Shown piece by piece: positions 19,228 to 30,715 of a DNA stretch of 64,000 nucleotides (the stretch's first letter is position 1; the number at the start of each line of letters is the position of its first letter). The stretch comes from Hyphomonas sp. GTDB taxonomy: Bacteria; Pseudomonadota; Alphaproteobacteria; Caulobacterales; Hyphomonadaceae. The notes beneath the pieces are model-generated. The model saw nothing but the letters and a program-made list of their open reading frames with translations. It was not told the origin of the DNA and made no database searches. The translations under genes were made by a program, and so were the position numbers. The DNA is taken from NCBI GenBank assembly GCA_050633385.1, contig JBOEGK010000037.1:6606-70605 (forward strand), in the 5' to 3' direction.

Positions 19228-20238
19228 TTAAGCGTTTACCGCCTCTGTCGTGTTGGGCCGCATAAGTAAGGTTGTGATCGCTTCGTCGACGGTGATTTCA
19301 CCTTCAATGACAGCAGCAACAGCCTCGCAGATTGGCATATCGACGCCTTTGTCACGTGCAAGTCTGCGCAGTACGGGTGCCGTTGCAACGCCCTCAGTCA
19401 CAGCGTTGCGCGCGGCCATAATTGCCTCAAGTGTTTCGCCTTTGCCAAGCGCCAGTCCGCAGCTCATATTGCGGCTGGTTTCGGATGAGCAGGTGAGCAC
19501 AAGATCGCCCAAACCAGACAGGCCAGACAAGGTTTCGCGATTGGCACCAATCGCAAGCGCAAGACGGGTCATCTCAGCGCTGCCGCGTGCAATGAGCGCT
19601 GCATGTGCTGAACGACCAAGGCCTTTGCCGAGGGTGATACCACATGCGATTGCCAGCACGTTCTTCACGGCGCCGCCTATCTCTGCGCCGAGTAGATCAT
19701 GACCCAGATAGGGGCGGAAGGTTGGGGTAGAGACCGCTGCGACGAGGGCATTGCCGACGGCTTCGTCTTCAACCGCCAATGTGACGGCGGTAGGCAAGCC
19801 TTTGGCGACGTCGATCGCAAAGCTGGGGCCTGATAGCACTGCGGGTGTCGCGCCGGGAAGTTCCTCGGCGACAATTTCCGTCATGAAGCTGGCTGTGGAG
19901 AGTTCGATGCCTTTTGAGCAGAGTACGATGGGTGTTCCGGGTGCAATGTGACCCTTGAGTTGCCGTAGAGTGGCGCGTGTGTGTTGGGCCGGGGCAACCG
20001 AGAACAGGGCATCGAGATCGAACATATCCTCGATATTGCTGGTTGCGCGCAGCGCTGGCTTTAGCGGCACGCCGGGCAGGTAGAGCGTGTTCTCATGTGT
20101 CGTATTTATTGCGTCTGCAAGCTCTGGCTCAAGGCACCATATGGTGACGTTTTGACCGTCACGTGTGAGCATTTGCGCAATGGCTGTGCCCCAGGCACCG
20201 CCGCCGATAACACCGATATTCTGATAATGAATCGTCAT
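19228..20238 (-). CDS. gpsA: NAD(P)H-dependent glycerol-3-phosphate dehydrogenase
   Basis: GGGAWGTA, LSGPSFA, GGAVKNVLAIACG, GLGDLVLTCSS..SRN. Confidence 0.95.
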   Translation of the reverse strand: MTIHYQNIGVIGGGAWGTAIAQMLTRDGQNVTIWCLEPELADAINTTHENTLYLPGVPLKPALRATSNIEDMFDLDALFSVAPAQHTRATLRQLKGHIAPGTPIVLCSKGIELSTASFMTEIVAEELPGATPAVLSGPSFAIDVAKGLPTAVTLAVEDEAVGNALVAAVSTPTFRPYLGHDLLGAEIGGAVKNVLAIACGITLGKGLGRSAHAALIARGSAEMTRLALAIGANRETLSGLSGLGDLVLTCSSETSRNMSCGLALGKGETLEAIMAARNAVTEGVATAPVLRRLARDKGVDMPICEAVAAVIEGEITVDEAITTLLMRPNTTEAVNA

Positions 20239-20306
20239 GGCGCGACATTGCGCAAAACCGCGCCCTTTGCCAAGCGATGCTTGGCAGGGGCGGGGTTATA
20301 ATCGGG

Positions 20307-21833
20307 TTAGCTGGCCGGGAATGTAGCGGTTCCGCGTTGCTTTTCGCTATTGTAGCTAATGTCGACTTTGCGGCCCACGGGGCTGGCGTCTTCACGTAGA
20401 ATTGCGAGACCCTCGGCATCTGTTTTGGCGATTGCACGATCGCCATTTTCCAACCGGGCGAAAATGATGCCGTTTTCAGGGCCAGACCGGCCATGTGTGA
20501 CGGTGAATGTTTCGACAATACCCGTGCAATCTTCGGCGCGCAGTTTGAGGCGTTCTGATGCAGTTTGAGGCAATTTAGGTGCAGTAAAGTGCGCTGGCGG
20601 GGTCGTTGAGTATATTCCGACGCTCTCTTTCGACATCCACCCCCCATTTGCGAGCACTAAGCCCAAATTGCCTGGATTGGCGCGTAGCGTGCTCACCATT
20701 TCGGCGATGCCATGCAGGGAGTAATTGTTGCCCGGTCCGCCAAAGAAAGGAAGGCCGCCTGTCAGTGTCAGCGGACGTGGATCTTTGCGCCAGTCAATTC
20801 CTAGCGCACTGGCACCTGAGGCCACCGCGCAGGGGAAGCAGGAATAAATATCAAGATGTGCGATATCAGACGCTTGCGCATTGGCCGATTCCAGCGCGCC
20901 ACGCACAGCCATATCCATCGCCCAAGAGCCATCGAGGCGCGGCCGACGAGAGATGAGACTATCGGCGGCATCGCCAGCACCGTGCAGGTAGACGCGATTT
21001 GCTGGATCAATACCCAATTCATCGGCTTTGGCGTGGCTCATCACAATGACGGCTGCGCCTTGATTCACGGCGTCTTGAGCGATGAACCATTTAAGAAACG
21101 GATCGGCGTACTCATAATTCTTTGCAGAGGGTGTGCACAGGAATTCCACAGAGTGTTCGACAGGAAATTGCGCATAGGGGTTTGTGGCGGCGCGGGCGGA
21201 GAAGGGCTGGAACAATTCAGCCATTGTGCGCCGGTGCTGGCTGCGTGTTTCGCCATCGCGTGCGGCGATGGCGTTTTCGAACAAGCCATAGAAATAAGCG
21301 GCCGCGACGAGCCCATGTTTGATCTCTTCGCGCGCGATAAGTTCGGCGCCAAAACCACGATCCTCGAAATCTGTATCAGCGGAGTCTGCCCAGTTGATCT
21401 CTACGCTGTGTTTGCGGGCGGCTTTTGAGGCGCGATTGGCTTCAGAGCCGGAAATGAGGGCGCAGTCTAATTCGCCCTCGGAAATGCGTCGCGCCATTTC
21501 ATTGACGAGCGCTTGAGGGCTTTGACCGCCAACAACTTCATATATCAGACGCTCTGGGGAGGCACCGATATCGCGAGCAAGTGTGCCGGGGAGGTTGGTG
21601 TTGTGCCCGTTAGGGTGTGGAGCGGTACGGACGGAATCTTCAAAAATGCGTACCGCAGCGATTGTGTCTATCGCGTCCACAAGTCCCTCAACGCCTGCAT
21701 CTGCCAAGGCGGCTTTCGAGGCGTCGACCATGAGGGATAAGGGGGAGGGAGCACCGGCGGGGCCGTTTGTGCCATCCCATTGGCTGAGTGATTGGCCAAC
21801 GCCGACTAGTACAGGCAGTTTGTCCTTATTCAT
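20307..21833 (-). CDS. Thiolase-like protein (acetyl-CoA acetyltransferase-related) with extra C-terminal domain
   Basis: PVLVGVGQ, GGQSPQ, QDAVNQGAA, DIYSCFP, LTLTGGLPFFGGPGNNYS. Confidence 0.85.
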   Translation of the reverse strand: MNKDKLPVLVGVGQSLSQWDGTNGPAGAPSPLSLMVDASKAALADAGVEGLVDAIDTIAAVRIFEDSVRTAPHPNGHNTNLPGTLARDIGASPERLIYEVVGGQSPQALVNEMARRISEGELDCALISGSEANRASKAARKHSVEINWADSADTDFEDRGFGAELIAREEIKHGLVAAAYFYGLFENAIAARDGETRSQHRRTMAELFQPFSARAATNPYAQFPVEHSVEFLCTPSAKNYEYADPFLKWFIAQDAVNQGAAVIVMSHAKADELGIDPANRVYLHGAGDAADSLISRRPRLDGSWAMDMAVRGALESANAQASDIAHLDIYSCFPCAVASGASALGIDWRKDPRPLTLTGGLPFFGGPGNNYSLHGIAEMVSTLRANPGNLGLVLANGGWMSKESVGIYSTTPPAHFTAPKLPQTASERLKLRAEDCTGIVETFTVTHGRSGPENGIIFARLENGDRAIAKTDAEGLAILREDASPVGRKVDISYNSEKQRGTATFPAS

Positions 21834-21953
21834 GGGTCGTCTCCTCCAGAAGTATGGCTGAAGGCATAGCCAGTCGCCGGGCGGCTGGCGAGGTGCGACG
21901 TTGGGTCAAGGATGCTGATAGTTTGAGTCTTGAACAGGCTTGCTGTCCGCACA

Positions 21954-23024
21954 CTAGAGAAGCGTGTCGAGGTTTCGTGCTTTCAGTTCTGCAACGACCT
22001 CTTTTACATCTTGCGACTGGTCTTTGTGAGTGACCATCACAACGCCATCTTCGATCACCACGATCAGGTCTTCGACACCAACGAGCGCGACGAGCGTGCC
22101 GTTTTCAGAATGGACCTGACAATTTTGCGTGTTGACCTGAATAGGCGTGACACCGGGCTCGGCTTGTTTGACATCGCCAATCATGCCCCATGTGCCGATA
22201 TCATTCCAATCGCAATCAAGCGGGCCGTAAACAGCGGCGAGCGCGGTCTTTTCCATCACAGCATAATCGATCGAGATGGATTCAGCCTCTGCGAAATGCT
22301 CGGGATTGAAGGTGAGCGCATTTCCATCATGGATGCCGGTTTCAAGTGATTTTTTGGTGGGGGCCAGGACGTTCGGAGCATAACGCTCCAGCTCTGCGAT
22401 CATGGTGGTGGCCGGGAAAAGGAAGATTCCAGCATTCCAGTGGAAATTCCCGCTTTCAAGATAGGCTTTTGCGGTTTCCAGGTTTGGCTTCTCGCGGAAC
22501 GCTGCGACGGTTTTGATATCTGCGCCAAGGGGCTCGCCAGCTTGGATGTAACCGAAGCCAGTGTCTGGGCGGCTTGGTTCAATACCGAAAGTGGTAAGGC
22601 GACCGGATGCGGCAACATCTCTGGCGGCAAGAACCGCGTTGACGAAGGTTTCGGGTTTACCGATGAAGTGATCGGACGGGAGCAATAGGCCAAGGCCATC
22701 TGGGTCAATATTTTGGATGTAGAGGGCGGCTGCTGCGCCGACAGCGGCGGTGTTGCGGGCCATCGGTTCCAGCAATATGGCTTGGGCTTCAACGCCGACT
22801 TCGGCAAGTTGTTGCTCGATCAGGTCTTTGTAACGCGCATTGCTGATGATGATGGGTTTGTCAGAAATACCCTCGTCAGTGCGGTCTTTGAAACGAAGAA
22901 CGGTATCCTGGAATACAGACTTGTCAGTGACCAGTTTGCGGAATTGTTTCGGACTCTTCTGCGTGGAGACGGGCCAAAGGCGTGTTCCTGCACCGCCACA
23001 CATTATGACTGGATAAATCGTCAT
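21954..23024 (-). CDS. manC: Mannose-1-phosphate guanylyltransferase (single-domain type)
   Basis: IMCGGAGTRLWPVS..PKQF, LEPMARNTA, PSDH, WNAGIF, SIDYAVME, WNDIGTW. Confidence 0.9.
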   Translation of the reverse strand: MTIYPVIMCGGAGTRLWPVSTQKSPKQFRKLVTDKSVFQDTVLRFKDRTDEGISDKPIIISNARYKDLIEQQLAEVGVEAQAILLEPMARNTAAVGAAAALYIQNIDPDGLGLLLPSDHFIGKPETFVNAVLAARDVAASGRLTTFGIEPSRPDTGFGYIQAGEPLGADIKTVAAFREKPNLETAKAYLESGNFHWNAGIFLFPATTMIAELERYAPNVLAPTKKSLETGIHDGNALTFNPEHFAEAESISIDYAVMEKTALAAVYGPLDCDWNDIGTWGMIGDVKQAEPGVTPIQVNTQNCQVHSENGTLVALVGVEDLIVVIEDGVVMVTHKDQSQDVKEVVAELKARNLDTLL

Positions 23025-23190
23025 GAAACCTAAAATCCTCAGCTCACCCTAATTATTGCACATGCAATACCCTCGCCGAACAGGGAGGTGGGATCAATAA
23101 TTTTGATTGGGGGCTAAATTGTTGAGCTAATTATAGGTTTTTACTGCATATTTTAAGCTGGAAATGAAAATAGCCGTTCCGAATTTTCAG

Positions 23191-23228
23191 GGAAAAATGC
23201 CGCGCAATCCAAAACGGAATGCGCGGCA
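23191..23228 (-). terminator. Rho-independent terminator after cysNC
   Basis: Stem TGCCGCGCA/TGCGCGGCA (23198-23228) followed on the minus strand by a T-run. Confidence 0.65.
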
Positions 23229-23258
23229 GATAGGATATGGAGAATTATCAGCTCTTAC

Positions 23259-25166
23259 TTAGTCGAGGAAGTACCCGTTTTGCGTGAGGTAGGTGATCAC
23301 GTCTTCGGCTGCTTCTTCTGGTGTGCGGTCGACAGTATTGATGACAATCTCAGCATTACGCGGAGCTTCATAAGGGCTGTCGATGCCTGTGAAGTTTTCA
23401 ATTTCACCGGCGCGAGCGCGTTTGTAGAGCCCTTTGACGTCACGTTTTTCAGCGACATCAAGCGGGGTATCTACGTGGATCTCGATGAACTCACCTTCAG
23501 CCATTGTATTGCGTGCCATTGTCCGCTCGTTGCGGAAAGGCGAGATGAAGGAGACGAGCGTGATGAGGCCCGCATCTGACATCAAGCGCGCCACATTGGC
23601 CACCCGGCGGATATTCTCCACGCGGTCAGCATCTGTGAAGCCAAGATCGCGGTTAAGGCCGTGACGGACATTGTCACCATCAAGTGTGAAGGTGTGCTTG
23701 CCCATGGCGAACAGGCGTTTCTGAACCGCATTGGCGATTGTCGATTTGCCAGACCCTGACAGGCCGGTGAACCATAGGACGGCTGGCTTCTGGTTCTTCT
23801 GTTCGGCCAGCGTATCGCGGTCGATATCGAGTGCCTGCCAATGAATGTTTGACGCGCGACGTAGCGCGAACTCGATCATGCCGAGGCCAACCGTGTTGTT
23901 TGACTGGCGATCGATCAGGATGAAGCCACCCATTTCGCGGTTGTCTGTGTACGCATCGAATGGAATGGCCTGATCGAGTGACAGAGTTGTCACGCCGATC
24001 TGGTTAAGTTCCAGTGTTTTGGCGGGGATGTCGCTAAGCGTGTTGACATCGATACCGTATTTCGGCGCGTTGATTGTGGCTGTGACCGTCTTTGCACCGA
24101 TTTTCAGGAGGTAGCGACGACCCGGTAGGAGTGGGGCATCATTCATCCAGAGAATCTGGACCTGAAACTGATCTGACACTTCGGCCGGATCATCTGCCGC
24201 GACGAGTACGTCGCCGCGTGAAGAGTCGATCTCGTCGGCAAGTGTGATCGTCACAGATTGTCCGGCGACAGCCTCGTCGAGATCACCTGTGTAGGTAACG
24301 ATACGCTCAACAGTGGACTCTTTACCAGAAGGCATTGTCTTGAGCTTATCGCCCGGACGGATGCGACCAGCAGCGACCTGACCTGAGAAACCCCGGAAGT
24401 CGAGGTTAGGGCGGTTTACCCACTGGATTGGCATACGGAACGGCGCGCTGAGGCGTTTGTCATCAATCGGAACCTCTTCGAGGTATTCCATCAATGTGGG
24501 GCCTTTATACCAAGGTGTGCGCTCTGACGGGTCGGTGATGTTGTCACCAGCCAGCGCAGACATTGGGATAGGCTCGATTTCGAGATCTGGCGCGAGTTCT
24601 TGGGCGAACTCGTGGAAGTCATCGACGATTTCCTGGAAACGCTCTTGGCTATAATCAACCAGATCCATCTTGTTCACCGCCAGCACGAGACGGCGGATGC
24701 CGAGTGATGTGGTGATGAAGCTGTGACGGCGCGTCTGGGTCAGAATGCCTTTGCGGGCATCAATCATCAGAATGGCTACGTCAGCAGTAGAGGCGCCGGT
24801 TGCCATGTTGCGCGTGTATTGTTCGTGGCCGGGCGTGTCGGCAACAATGAACTTGCGCTTGTCAGTTGCGAAGAAGCGATAGGCCACGTCGATCGTGATG
24901 CCTTGTTCGCGTTCTGCGGCGAGGCCGTCAACGAGAAGGGCAAAGTCGATCTGGTCGCCTTGGGTGCCGACCTTTTTGGAGTCAGCTTCCAGCGTGGCAA
25001 GCTGATCTTCGAAGATCATTTTTGAATCATAGAGCAAGCGGCCAATCAGGGTTGATTTGCCGTCGTCTACGCTGCCGCAAGTGATGAAGCGGAGCATGGA
25101 TTTTTGTTCGTGCTTTTCCAGATACGCGGAAATGTCCGAAGCGATGAGGTCATCAGTGATACGCAT
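23259..25166 (-). CDS. cysNC: Sulfate adenylyltransferase large subunit fused to APS kinase (CysNC/NodQ type)
   Basis: [26 protein letters not shown]; C-terminal GLSGSGKST and [10 protein letters not shown]. Confidence 0.95.
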   Translation of the reverse strand: MRITDDLIASDISAYLEKHEQKSMLRFITCGSVDDGKSTLIGRLLYDSKMIFEDQLATLEADSKKVGTQGDQIDFALLVDGLAAEREQGITIDVAYRFFATDKRKFIVADTPGHEQYTRNMATGASTADVAILMIDARKGILTQTRRHSFITTSLGIRRLVLAVNKMDLVDYSQERFQEIVDDFHEFAQELAPDLEIEPIPMSALAGDNITDPSERTPWYKGPTLMEYLEEVPIDDKRLSAPFRMPIQWVNRPNLDFRGFSGQVAAGRIRPGDKLKTMPSGKESTVERIVTYTGDLDEAVAGQSVTITLADEIDSSRGDVLVAADDPAEVSDQFQVQILWMNDAPLLPGRRYLLKIGAKTVTATINAPKYGIDVNTLSDIPAKTLELNQIGVTTLSLDQAIPFDAYTDNREMGGFILIDRQSNNTVGLGMIEFALRRASNIHWQALDIDRDTLAEQKNQKPAVLWFTGLSGSGKSTIANAVQKRLFAMGKHTFTLDGDNVRHGLNRDLGFTDADRVENIRRVANVARLMSDAGLITLVSFISPFRNERTMARNTMAEGEFIEIHVDTPLDVAEKRDVKGLYKRARAGEIENFTGIDSPYEAPRNAEIVINTVDRTPEEAAEDVITYLTQNGYFLD

Positions 25167-26069
25167 TTAGAAGTAACCTTCTTGCTTTTTCTTTTCCATG
25201 GAGGCGGATTGGTCGACGTCGATGACGCGGCCTTGGCGCTCTGAGGTGGTGGTGAGCAACATTTCTTGGATGATTGCATCCAGCGTGTCAGCGGTGCTTT
25301 CGACGGCGCCGGTGAGCGGATAGCAACCCAGTGTCCGGAAGCGGACGGATTTCATTGTTGCCGTCTCTGCCAATTCTTTCGGCATACGGTCGTCATCGAC
25401 CATGATGTCAACGCCGTTCCAATTTACGACCGGGCGTTCTTTGGCGTAGTAGAGCGGAACGATCTCGATATTCTCGCGGCGGATATACTGCCAGATATCC
25501 AATTCGGTCCAGTTGGAGAGCGGGAAGACGCGGACGCTTTCGCCCTGATGGATACGCGTATTATAGAGGTTCCACGGCTCTGGACGTTGTTGCTTCGGAT
25601 CCCAGCGGTGTTCTGCTGAGCGGAATGAGAAGACGCGCTCTTTCGCGCGGGACTTTTCCTCATCGCGGCGGGCACCACCAAATGCGGCATCGAACTTGTA
25701 TTTGTCGAGCGCCTGTTTGAGGCCTTGGGTTTTCATGATGTCAGTGTGGACGTTGGACCCGTGAGTGAAGGGGCCGACGCCATCAGCTATGCCATCCGGG
25801 TTCGAGTGTACCAGAAGCTCCAGCCCCAACTCTTTGGCTTTGCGGTCACGGAATTCGATCATCTCGCGGAATTTCCACGTCGTATCGACATGCATAAGCG
25901 GGAATGGCGGGCGAGACGGGTAGAATGCCTTCATGGCTAAGTGCAGCATCACAGCAGAGTCTTTGCCCACTGAATACAGCATCACAGGGTTTTCACACTC
26001 TGATGCGACTTCACGAATAATGTGAAGGCTTTCGGCTTCCAAGCGGTCAAGATGGGTAAGTCGGGTCAC
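25167..26069 (-). CDS. cysD: Sulfate adenylyltransferase small subunit
   Basis: [35 protein letters not shown]. Confidence 0.95.
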   Translation of the reverse strand: MTRLTHLDRLEAESLHIIREVASECENPVMLYSVGKDSAVMLHLAMKAFYPSRPPFPLMHVDTTWKFREMIEFRDRKAKELGLELLVHSNPDGIADGVGPFTHGSNVHTDIMKTQGLKQALDKYKFDAAFGGARRDEEKSRAKERVFSFRSAEHRWDPKQQRPEPWNLYNTRIHQGESVRVFPLSNWTELDIWQYIRRENIEIVPLYYAKERPVVNWNGVDIMVDDDRMPKELAETATMKSVRFRTLGCYPLTGAVESTADTLDAIIQEMLLTTTSERQGRVIDVDQSASMEKKKQEGYF

Positions 26070-26299
26070 GCGATAGTCCTATCTGTTCGATTTTGCGCCT
26101 ACCTATCAATTCGATCAGTGAAATGTAAGGTCGAGCGGGCAATCAAGGGGCTCTTATTAGAATTGCTAAAACTGTAAGCAAAAAAGACGCCAAGTCGTCT
26201 AATTAACGCCCCAGAGTGTCGTAATCTTTTACAATCTGTCATTTGGCTTTCAGAATCGGGGGGGCTAATCACCATTTTCGATTGGATCGGAGTTTAAAT

Positions 26300-28126
26300 A
26301 TGTGTGGAATAGTGGCGATATCGGGCAAAGAGCCTGTCTCAAACCGGCTGGTTGATGGCCTGAAACGGCTTGAATATCGAGGCTATGATAGCTCTGGGAT
26401 CGCTGTTTCTGCCGGATCGAGCATAAATCGCTGCCGCGCGAAGGGTAAAATAATCAATCTCGTCAATGCGCTCGAAAGCGACCCGATTGATGGTAACACC
26501 GGAATTGCGCACACACGGTGGGCCACGCATGGCAAGCCGACCAAAGAAAACGCTCATCCACACATGTCTGACTCTGTTGCGCTGGTTCACAATGGGATCA
26601 TCGAGAATTTCAAGGATTTGAAGCAGGCATTGGTTGATGCCGGCCGGACATTTGAGTCTGAGACGGATACCGAGGTGATTGTTCAGCTGATCGCGCAAAA
26701 GCGTTCAGAGGGCTTAGACCCTATTGAGGCCTTTGAGGCGACGTTGAAAAGTCTGCACGGTGCATTTGCGATCGCAGTTATCTTTGGTGACACGCCAGAT
26801 ATGGTGCTGGGCGCCCGCCGCGGCAGCCCGCTTGTGATGGGATATGGCGATGGCGAGATGTATTTGGGGTCTGATGCGATTGCGCTGGCGCCGTTTACCC
26901 GTGAAGTGACTTATCTTGAAGAGGGTGACTGGGTCATCCTTTCACCGACAAGCCATGATATTCGTGATCAGGCAGGCAATCGCGTGAACCGCGCCAAGGT
27001 AACGTCCGCCGTGAACGACGCGCTTGTGGAGCGCGGTGAGTATGACCATTTCATGCTGAAGGAAGTTCATGAGCAACCAGAATCGCTCGCCCGTTCTATT
27101 CTGCCCTACATTGATCAAGCCACCCAGACACTTATTGGTGGTGATGTGGCTGACCAGATTTTTGCCGATGCCGACCGAATGGTATCAGTGGCGTGTGGTA
27201 CAGCATTTTATGCTGCCGAAGTGTCGAAATACTGGTTTGAGCAAAAGGCGAAGCTGGCTGTCGAGGTCGATATTGCATCAGAGTTTCGGTACCGAGATCC
27301 GATAATGCCAAACACTGGCCCGGCGCTGTTTGTGAGCCAGTCGGGTGAGACCGCAGATACGCTTGCGGCCCTGCGCTATGCACGGGCCAATGGTGCGCCG
27401 GCGATTGCTGTGGTGAATGTGCCGGAGAGCTCGATTGCACGGGAATCTGAGAGCATCGTGCCGACCCATGCTGGCCCTGAGATTGGCGTGGCGTCGACGA
27501 AGGCGTTCACCGCGCAGTTGTCTGTTTTGGCCGTATTGGCCTTGAGAGCCGCTAAAGCGCGTGGACATTTGCTGCCCGGTGATGAAGTCAAATATGTCAA
27601 AGGCCTGTTGGCGCTGCCCCGCAAGGTGACTGAGGCCCTGGAATCTGAGCCAGATGTGCCCGCCATCGCGCAAGATATTTCGACGGCGTCAGACATATTG
27701 TTCCTTGGCCGAGGGCAATACTTCCCGATGGCGATGGAAGGGGCACTGAAGCTGAAAGAGGTGTCTTACATTCACGCGGAAGGGTATGCGGCCGGTGAAT
27801 TGAAGCATGGCCCGATTGCCTTGATTGAGAGCGGTTTGCCAATTGTGGTTGTCGCGCCCATGGATGACTTGTTTGAAAAGACGATGTCGAATGTGGAAGA
27901 AGTGCGCGCGCGTGGGGCGAAGATCATTCTGATTGCCGACCGAGCGGGTATAGAAGCGGCGGGTGAGCGGGCCGATAGCACCATTCTAGTGCCCGATGGC
28001 GATGACATCACAATGCCGATTTTGACAGCTGTTGCTTTGCAATTGCTTGCTTACTATGTCGCGCTGGCCAAGGGGACTGATGTCGATCAGCCACGCAATC
28101 TCGCCAAATCGGTAACCGTCGAGTAG
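26300..28126 (+). CDS. glmS: Glutamine-fructose-6-phosphate aminotransferase
   Basis: MCGIV start, EYRGYDSSG, HTRWATHG, SQSGETADT, PRNLAKSVTVE. Confidence 0.97.
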   Translation: MCGIVAISGKEPVSNRLVDGLKRLEYRGYDSSGIAVSAGSSINRCRAKGKIINLVNALESDPIDGNTGIAHTRWATHGKPTKENAHPHMSDSVALVHNGIIENFKDLKQALVDAGRTFESETDTEVIVQLIAQKRSEGLDPIEAFEATLKSLHGAFAIAVIFGDTPDMVLGARRGSPLVMGYGDGEMYLGSDAIALAPFTREVTYLEEGDWVILSPTSHDIRDQAGNRVNRAKVTSAVNDALVERGEYDHFMLKEVHEQPESLARSILPYIDQATQTLIGGDVADQIFADADRMVSVACGTAFYAAEVSKYWFEQKAKLAVEVDIASEFRYRDPIMPNTGPALFVSQSGETADTLAALRYARANGAPAIAVVNVPESSIARESESIVPTHAGPEIGVASTKAFTAQLSVLAVLALRAAKARGHLLPGDEVKYVKGLLALPRKVTEALESEPDVPAIAQDISTASDILFLGRGQYFPMAMEGALKLKEVSYIHAEGYAAGELKHGPIALIESGLPIVVVAPMDDLFEKTMSNVEEVRARGAKIILIADRAGIEAAGERADSTILVPDGDDITMPILTAVALQLLAYYVALAKGTDVDQPRNLAKSVTVE

Positions 28127-28221
28127 ACAGCGCCTTTACCGAGGTGAACGAACGAGATTATGGTGCACCTCTCAATTTTAGACTTCGAAGGCCTGTGGAG
28201 GCATTGATTTGGAGGGGGCGC

Positions 28222-28788
28222 ATGGCATTGGAGTTTAACTGGTTTTCGGCGATACCAGAGGTGTGTGTTATCGTGCCAAAGCGGCACGAGGATGAACGCG
28301 GATATTTCACCGAGACTTATAATGCGGCAGACTTTGCCGCAGGCGGGGTGCGCGATACATTTATTCAGGACAATCATTCCTTCTCTTCTGGGAAGGGCAC
28401 CTTGCGCGGCCTGCACTTTCAACGCGACCCGAAGGCACAAGCAAAACTGGTAAGATGTTTGCGCGGATCTGTGCTCGATGTTGCTGTTGATCTGCGCATG
28501 GATTCGCCCACTTTCGGACACCACGTAACCGCGATATTGTCTGCAAAAGCTGGAAACCAAATGTATGTGCCGGTTGGGTTTGCGCACGGGTTTTGTTGCA
28601 TAGAAGATGATTGCGAAGTCGCGTATAAAGTGTCCGCGCCTTATGATCCTGTTCTCGACGCTGGTATTGATCCATTTGATGCGCGCTTGGGGATTGAATG
28701 GCCCGTGTCACCGGAAGAGGCTATTTTGTCCGCCAAGGATAGTAAGTTGCCACGGATGAGCGAACTGTTTGCAAAGGCACCACTATGA
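28222..28788 (+). CDS. rmlC: dTDP-4-dehydrorhamnose 3,5-epimerase
   Basis: DERGYF, QDNHS, LRGLHFQ, VPVGFAHGF; start at ATG 28222 behind GGAGG. Confidence 0.93.
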   Translation: MALEFNWFSAIPEVCVIVPKRHEDERGYFTETYNAADFAAGGVRDTFIQDNHSFSSGKGTLRGLHFQRDPKAQAKLVRCLRGSVLDVAVDLRMDSPTFGHHVTAILSAKAGNQMYVPVGFAHGFCCIEDDCEVAYKVSAPYDPVLDAGIDPFDARLGIEWPVSPEEAILSAKDSKLPRMSELFAKAPL

Positions 28789-29834
28789 GATGTGTTGTAA
28801 CCGGCGGTGCGGGGTTCATCGGGTCTGCATTATGCCTGAGGCTGCTAGAGGGCGGCGCGGAGGTGCTGGTTATTGATAAGCTAACCTATGCAGCCAACCC
28901 TGTGACTGTTGAGTTGCTGGCACGTCACCCAAAGCTGACGCTGGTTCAGCACGATATTACCGATTTTGGTGCGATGGAGGCGGCGATAAACGGGTTTGCG
29001 CCGGACATTGTTTTTCATCTTGCTGCGGAATCGCACGTGGATCGGTCGATTGATGCTGCAGGGGTCTTTATACAGACGAATATTGTTGGCACTCATTCTG
29101 TGCTGGAGGCGGCCCGCACCTATTATGAGAGCTTGTCAGGCCCTAAGGCCGATTTATTTCGGTTTGTGCATATCTCAACAGATGAGGTGTATGGGTCATT
29201 AGGCGAGGATGGACTGTTCACTGAGAGTACGCGGTTTGATCCGTCATCACCTTATTCGGCCTCCAAAGCGGGGTCTGACCATTTGGTGAATGCATGGCAT
29301 CGCACCTATGGCTTGCCGACCATCGTTTCCAATTGTTCGAATAATTACGGGCCGCGACAGTTCCCGGAAAAGCTAATCCCTCTGATGACATTGAATGCGT
29401 TGTTTGGTGATGCCTTGCCGGTATATGGCGCCGGGGAGAATGTGCGCGACTGGTTGCATGTGGAAGATCATGCAGCGGCGCTTGAGCTGATGGCCCTCAA
29501 GGGGCGGGTTGGTGAAACCTACAATGTGGGCGGAAACAATGAGCTGTCGAATATTACTATGGTGCGCGAGATTTGCAGCTATATGGATGAGGTCAATCCT
29601 CAGGGCGCTCCCCATGCGGAGTTGATTCAATTTGTAACAGACCGGCCGGGGCATGATTTGCGCTATGCTGTGGACGCGACCAAAATCTCAACTGAGTTGG
29701 GGTGGGTGCCGAAGAAGGAAGCTCGGTCTGGATTGCGCGAGACGATTGAGTGGTATCTGGGCAATGAGCAATGGTGGCGCCCATTACGTGAGTCGGTCTA
29801 CTCTGGCCAGCGGCTTGGCCGGGTGAACGGATGA
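28785..29834 (+). CDS. rmlB: dTDP-glucose 4,6-dehydratase
   Basis: TGGAGFIG, HLAAESHVDRSI, STDEVYG, YSASKA, DRPGHD. Confidence 0.95.
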   Translation: MRCVVTGGAGFIGSALCLRLLEGGAEVLVIDKLTYAANPVTVELLARHPKLTLVQHDITDFGAMEAAINGFAPDIVFHLAAESHVDRSIDAAGVFIQTNIVGTHSVLEAARTYYESLSGPKADLFRFVHISTDEVYGSLGEDGLFTESTRFDPSSPYSASKAGSDHLVNAWHRTYGLPTIVSNCSNNYGPRQFPEKLIPLMTLNALFGDALPVYGAGENVRDWLHVEDHAAALELMALKGRVGETYNVGGNNELSNITMVREICSYMDEVNPQGAPHAELIQFVTDRPGHDLRYAVDATKISTELGWVPKKEARSGLRETIEWYLGNEQWWRPLRESVYSGQRLGRVNG

Positions 29835-30715
29835 GCTCGATTCTCGTGATCGGACGGTCTGGGCAATTGGCACAGTCACTTGCGCATGTGGGTGGTCGCT
29901 CAGTTGTGTGTCTTGGGCGACCTGAGATTGATTTGGACAAGCCCGGCGAGATGCGGCGTGTCATCGAAGCGCATCAGCCCGATATTGTTATCAATGCAGC
30001 AGCCTACACTTTGGTCGATTTAGCGGAATCAGAGCCAGAGCTCGCGCGGAGCCGCAATGTAGAGGGGCCTCGCGTTCTGGCCGAAATTTGTGGTGATTTG
30101 GCCATCCCGTGTATTCATGTGTCTACGGATTGTGTTTTTGATGGGCGTTTAGATCGCGCATATAGGCCCGGTGACGTGACGGGGCCCTTGGGCGTCTATG
30201 GGCGCACAAAACTTGATGGCGAGTTGGCGGTTGCGAAGGCGCTGGCGAAACATCTGATCGTTCGCGTGAGTTGGGTGTTTTCTGAATTTGGTTCTAATTT
30301 TGTTACGACAATGCTGAAGCTTGCAGAGACCAGAGATGAGGTCACTGTGGTTGATGATCAGATTGGTCATCCGACGTATGCCCCCGATATTGCGCGTGGA
30401 TTGTTGGAAATGGCGAAGATATGCTTGGACCCGTCGTTTGCGGGGTGGGGCCTTTATCATTTGGCAGGTGACGAGGCGATTGATCGCGCAAGCATGGCCC
30501 GCGAGATATATGGCTGTAGTGCGCGGGCCGGTGGCCGCGTTGCGAATGTGATAGGTGTGCCGACATCTGAGTATAAAACCCCTGCGGAGCGACCGCTGAA
30601 TGCCCGCCTTGACGGGGAGATGGCGCGCACAGTTTTTGGGCTGCCTTCTCCCGATTGGAGGGGCCGGGTTGCGCAGACTGTCGAGGAAATTTTAAAAATT
30701 AAGGACGCGCAATGA
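29831..30715 (+). CDS. rmlD: dTDP-4-dehydrorhamnose reductase
   Basis: [32 protein letters not shown]. Confidence 0.93.
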   Translation: MSSILVIGRSGQLAQSLAHVGGRSVVCLGRPEIDLDKPGEMRRVIEAHQPDIVINAAAYTLVDLAESEPELARSRNVEGPRVLAEICGDLAIPCIHVSTDCVFDGRLDRAYRPGDVTGPLGVYGRTKLDGELAVAKALAKHLIVRVSWVFSEFGSNFVTTMLKLAETRDEVTVVDDQIGHPTYAPDIARGLLEMAKICLDPSFAGWGLYHLAGDEAIDRASMAREIYGCSARAGGRVANVIGVPTSEYKTPAERPLNARLDGEMARTVFGLPSPDWRGRVAQTVEEILKIKDAQ

